A stretch of 64,000 nt of DNA from a virus. Both the position numbers and the translations under genes were made by a program. Below the pieces are notes generated by a model. That model saw only the letters and a program-made list of their open reading frames with translations, made no database searches and was not told where the DNA came from. The stretch is taken from positions 30,124 through 94,123 of the IMG/VR virus record IMGVR_UViG_3300027706_000007; one strand, 5' to 3'. Shown here in pieces: positions 61,282-64,000 of this stretch; positions within the stretch are counted from its first letter, which is position 1; each line of letters opens with the position of its first letter.

Positions 61282-61680
61282 ATGGGTTCAGTTATTCCGG
61301 GTTTCTTTGAGGGTTCTCCGTGGCATGCTCTGGGCGAAGCCCTAGGGTCTGCTGTAGCGAGTGGACAGACTGTCAGCGTCGGAAATGTGGTCAAAATCGC
61401 GGGGCCGGGATTGATTGCTCCAGTTAGTGCGGCTACCGATTTCCCAATCGGTGTTGCAGTAACCAGTGGTCAGCTTAATGTGGACGTGCTTTTTGTACCT
61501 AAAGGTGTCGTGAATGTGATATCTGACAATGCTGTTACAGCGGGTGACTTTTTGATTGCATCCGCCGTTACGGCTGGACAGGTACACGACAATGGTTCAA
61601 CTGCACCTTCATATGGAGCTAGATTCATAGCTCTCACATCAGGTTCTGCGGGGTCACCAGTTCTTGCTCTCCTGCTATAA
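61282..61680 (+). CDS. Capsid decoration/cement protein (DUF2190-like)
   Basis: G/A/V-rich; 'IGVAV...VTAGD' pattern; between protease and capsid genes. Confidence 0.75.
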   Translation: MGSVIPGFFEGSPWHALGEALGSAVASGQTVSVGNVVKIAGPGLIAPVSAATDFPIGVAVTSGQLNVDVLFVPKGVVNVISDNAVTAGDFLIASAVTAGQVHDNGSTAPSYGARFIALTSGSAGSPVLALLL

Positions 61681-61691
61681 GGTGATATAGA

Positions 61692-62612
61692 TTGGCAATG
61701 ACACGTGAGCAGTTCCCAATTGTAACGCAGGGGGCTGCATTCTATCCAGCACTTGCAAGAAGGATTGTAGAACTTACAATGCCTAATTTGGCATTGAAAC
61801 CTCTACTTCAGGACTTCTTCATAAAGGTTGGAGCATCTGCAACTATAATGAAACAGTCAGGTCAGCGAACACTAGCCGTTGTCGGAAAGGCGGCAGAAGG
61901 ACAGGAAATATTGTGGGACTACACACCCTACGATACATTCTCTGTCATCCCGTACAAGACGACATTCAGGCTCCGGTTTTCTAGAGAACTTCTGGAAGAC
62001 CAGATAAACGACATGGTAGAAGACCAGATGAAAAGGGCTGCAAGACGAGTGATAATGACAATCGACCAAGATATCGAAGGTGCTCTCAATGCAACGGCGG
62101 CAAACTCGTTCGCTGCATCGGGTTCATCGATATTTCTGGACGGTAGTCAGAGTTCATTCGCAGGTACAATTGGTGTAAAGGATATCACCAATGCAAAGCA
62201 GGTTCTTCAGAATCTTGCTTTGGAACCTGATACTCTAGCTTTCAATCCTGCTGCTGTGCAAGACCTTTACAGCTTACCTCAGTTCGCGGCACAGTTGCTA
62301 TATGGACAGGGCATCTATGCTAGTGGTACTGGTACTGTACAGACCGTGCCTCAGCTTTATGGATTGAAGGTAATAAGCACCCCTAACATCCCTCTGAGCG
62401 GTGGTCGCGGATATATGCTCGCGGCTGCTGGAGCTAACTACTCAGCAGCTTATGCGCCCCTCGGTTACTTTGTAACCAAGAGACCGCTTGATACGAGCGT
62501 ATGGCCCGCACCAGTGTTTGACTCTTTGGATGTCGTTATGACAACCAGATACGCGCCAGTAATAACCTACCCTGAAGGCATCGTGAAGTTCACGAGCCTC
62601 AGGACATCGTAA
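61692..62612 (+). CDS. HK97-fold major capsid protein
   Basis: 'AEGQE', 'FSRELLED', 'FNP', 'LYGLKVISTPNIP' and 'TRYAP...PEGIVK' motifs. Confidence 0.92.
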   Translation: MAMTREQFPIVTQGAAFYPALARRIVELTMPNLALKPLLQDFFIKVGASATIMKQSGQRTLAVVGKAAEGQEILWDYTPYDTFSVIPYKTTFRLRFSRELLEDQINDMVEDQMKRAARRVIMTIDQDIEGALNATAANSFAASGSSIFLDGSQSSFAGTIGVKDITNAKQVLQNLALEPDTLAFNPAAVQDLYSLPQFAAQLLYGQGIYASGTGTVQTVPQLYGLKVISTPNIPLSGGRGYMLAAAGANYSAAYAPLGYFVTKRPLDTSVWPAPVFDSLDVVMTTRYAPVITYPEGIVKFTSLRTS

Positions 62613-62874
62613 CTCTCAAAAGTTACCACAAAACGCGAAATATGTTTAATTGGGGCATTCAAACGCCCCTTCACCTTTTTTCAAAATATTTATTTAGTAG
62701 TTCTTATTATAAAATATATATGAGTGCAACTGGTGTTGGAGTTCGCGCAAAAGTTGTCGCGCGCAATCCGTGCCCGAAACACGGGATAGTCGATGAATGT
62801 CCGGAATGTATTGTAATTAGCGCGAGTTAGTAAAGTAAAGATTATTATATAACCTTTTCCTTTTTTTATTTTAT

Positions 62875-64000
62875 ATGCCATCGTTCGCGCCCGGAACGCA
62901 ATATTACATTCCCGTTACACTTACAAATAACCAGAGCACAGCCACACCTTCAAATTTTACTGTAAGTATCTCGGTAAACCAATCTACTTATTCATCTTAT
63001 TTAGCATCAAACCTTTCAAATATTAACTGGCAAGACGGCGCGGGCAATATCCTCAATTCGTGGAGAGAAGCAGGTACTTCAAATACTGGAACTAATGGAT
63101 TATGGTGGGTTAATTTAGGCACCTTAACAATATCGGCAAATAGTACGTTAACAATTTATTTATGTTTTTATGCGACTTCGCAAAACGTTCTCAATACAAC
63201 AAACACAGGCGTTGCTCCCCAATTAACGACACCATATGCACAATATGATAACGGTACATCAGTTTTCAAATGGTATGAGAATTTTGCAGGTACTTCATTA
63301 CCATCAGATATGAGTGCTGTAGCTATAGGGACAAGTACATATTCAGTTAATAACGGTTTAACAATAAATCCGGGAGCGGCGGGTGATGGCACAGTTATTT
63401 ATAAAACTACTGGACTTGCCTCGCCCGTTTATCTAGATTGTTTAGTTACTGCTGTTTCTGGAAGTAATTATGGTTTAATGGGACAGCAGACAGCAACACC
63501 TACTAGTCAATCGACTAATGGTATATGGACATCATTAAACAGCAGCTATCAATGGTTTGCTAGTAACGGAACAACCTATGCTCAAATCGAACTAGATTCG
63601 AGCGATACTCCATCAACTGTTTTGGCTGGTGTTACATCAAGTCCTCCAGCCATAATTAGTGGTGCGTGGTCTGCAACAGGCACAGAACAACGTATGCTCA
63701 ATTACGGTAACGCGGGAACCGGTACCAATTCAACTCTGACATTACCAGCAACTATTTATCCCGAACTCACTGGCTATGGTAATGGGGGGTCTTCTTCGCA
63801 GACGTGGCAATGGTTTAGAGCGAGACTCTATCCCCCAAACAATGCTATGCCGGCCGCGACATTTGGGTCTATCGGAATTGCAGGTTCCGTGAAAATTACT
63901 GAAACGGCATCATTGATAGCATCTAGTAAAATAGCTTCCGAGATTAATTTATCCTCGCGCGCATCATTGATAGCATCTAGTAAAATAGCTTCCGAGATTA
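62875..64000 (+). CDS. DUF2341-domain virion protein (3' end outside the window)
   Basis: YYIPVTLTNNQSTATP...LNSWRE...WWVNL...GVAPQL...YDNG.SVF.YENF; frame appears open to the window end. Confidence 0.85.
   Translation, partial: MPSFAPGTQYYIPVTLTNNQSTATPSNFTVSISVNQSTYSSYLASNLSNINWQDGAGNILNSWREAGTSNTGTNGLWWVNLGTLTISANSTLTIYLCFYATSQNVLNTTNTGVAPQLTTPYAQYDNGTSVFKWYENFAGTSLPSDMSAVAIGTSTYSVNNGLTINPGAAGDGTVIYKTTGLASPVYLDCLVTAVSGSNYGLMGQQTATPTSQSTNGIWTSLNSSYQWFASNGTTYAQIELDSSDTPSTVLAGVTSSPPAIISGAWSATGTEQRMLNYGNAGTGTNSTLTLPATIYPELTGYGNGGSSSQTWQWFRARLYPPNNAMPAATFGSIGIAGSVKITETASLIASSKIASEINLSSRASLIASSKIASEI
63907..64000 (+). repeat. 54-bp in-frame tandem repeat (ASLIASSKIASEINLSSR)
   Basis: An identical copy restarts at 63961. 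Confidence 0.9.

Larger units (their letters stand above)
1..64000. mobile_element. Segment of an archaeal tailed (HK97-fold) virus genome
   Basis: HK97-type capsid protein, prohead protease, tail tube, chaperone and tape measure occur together with archaeal-type PriS, PriX, MCM, PolB and SSB. TTTATA/TTTAAA boxes lie about 25 nt upstream of many starts. No housekeeping genes. Confidence 0.93.

Noticed and set aside
1-64000. CRISPR or mini-CRISPR array
   Set aside because: No identical 24-40-bp repeats with spacer-sized gaps were seen. The repeated modules are degenerate and separated by whole genes.
1-64000. tRNA genes
   Set aside because: The GC-rich structured islands lack a T-loop (GTTCRA) and cloverleaf geometry.
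1-64000. Genome-wide TGA reassignment
   Set aside because: Many genes end in TGA with coupled ATGA/GTGA overlaps, and TGG is used for Trp. Only one in-frame TGA was found.

Overview
This window is part of an archaeal head-tail (Caudoviricetes-like, probably siphovirus-type) virus genome. It is AT-rich, has archaeal TATA promoters and many apparently leaderless genes, and the host is likely a TACK- or Thermoplasmata-type archaeon (inference from PriX, the single-OB SSB and DUF2341). Four functional blocks are visible. (1) A tail module at about 3-15.6 kb: two Dit/gpU-like proteins, a 2128-aa fibre, a hub, a short tape measure, a chaperone with a -1 frameshift and a tail tube. (2) Archaeal-type replication genes: divergent MCM, PriS, PriX, PolB, SSB and a RadA/RadB-like ATPase. 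(3) A roughly 23-kb accessory region packed with small, often paralogous ORFs behind repeated promoter modules, followed by RNA ligase and phosphatase genes. (4) The start of the head module: protease-scaffold, cement protein, HK97 major capsid protein and a DUF2341 protein. No terminase, portal, integrase, tRNA or CRISPR array was recognised. The strongest observations are: a 1380-bp inversion that splits a DUF932 gene and a repeated promoter module at a 5-bp inverted core; an array of single-gene cassettes separated by a conserved ~45-bp module; a tail gene interrupted by a 131/134-nt intervening sequence; an endonuclease-bearing intein inside the JAMM motif of a viral JAB protease; three promoter-linked structured RNA candidates; and a large diversified family of ~80-aa helical proteins around a DUF6745 gene pair. 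All family assignments come from motif recognition by eye, not from database searches.
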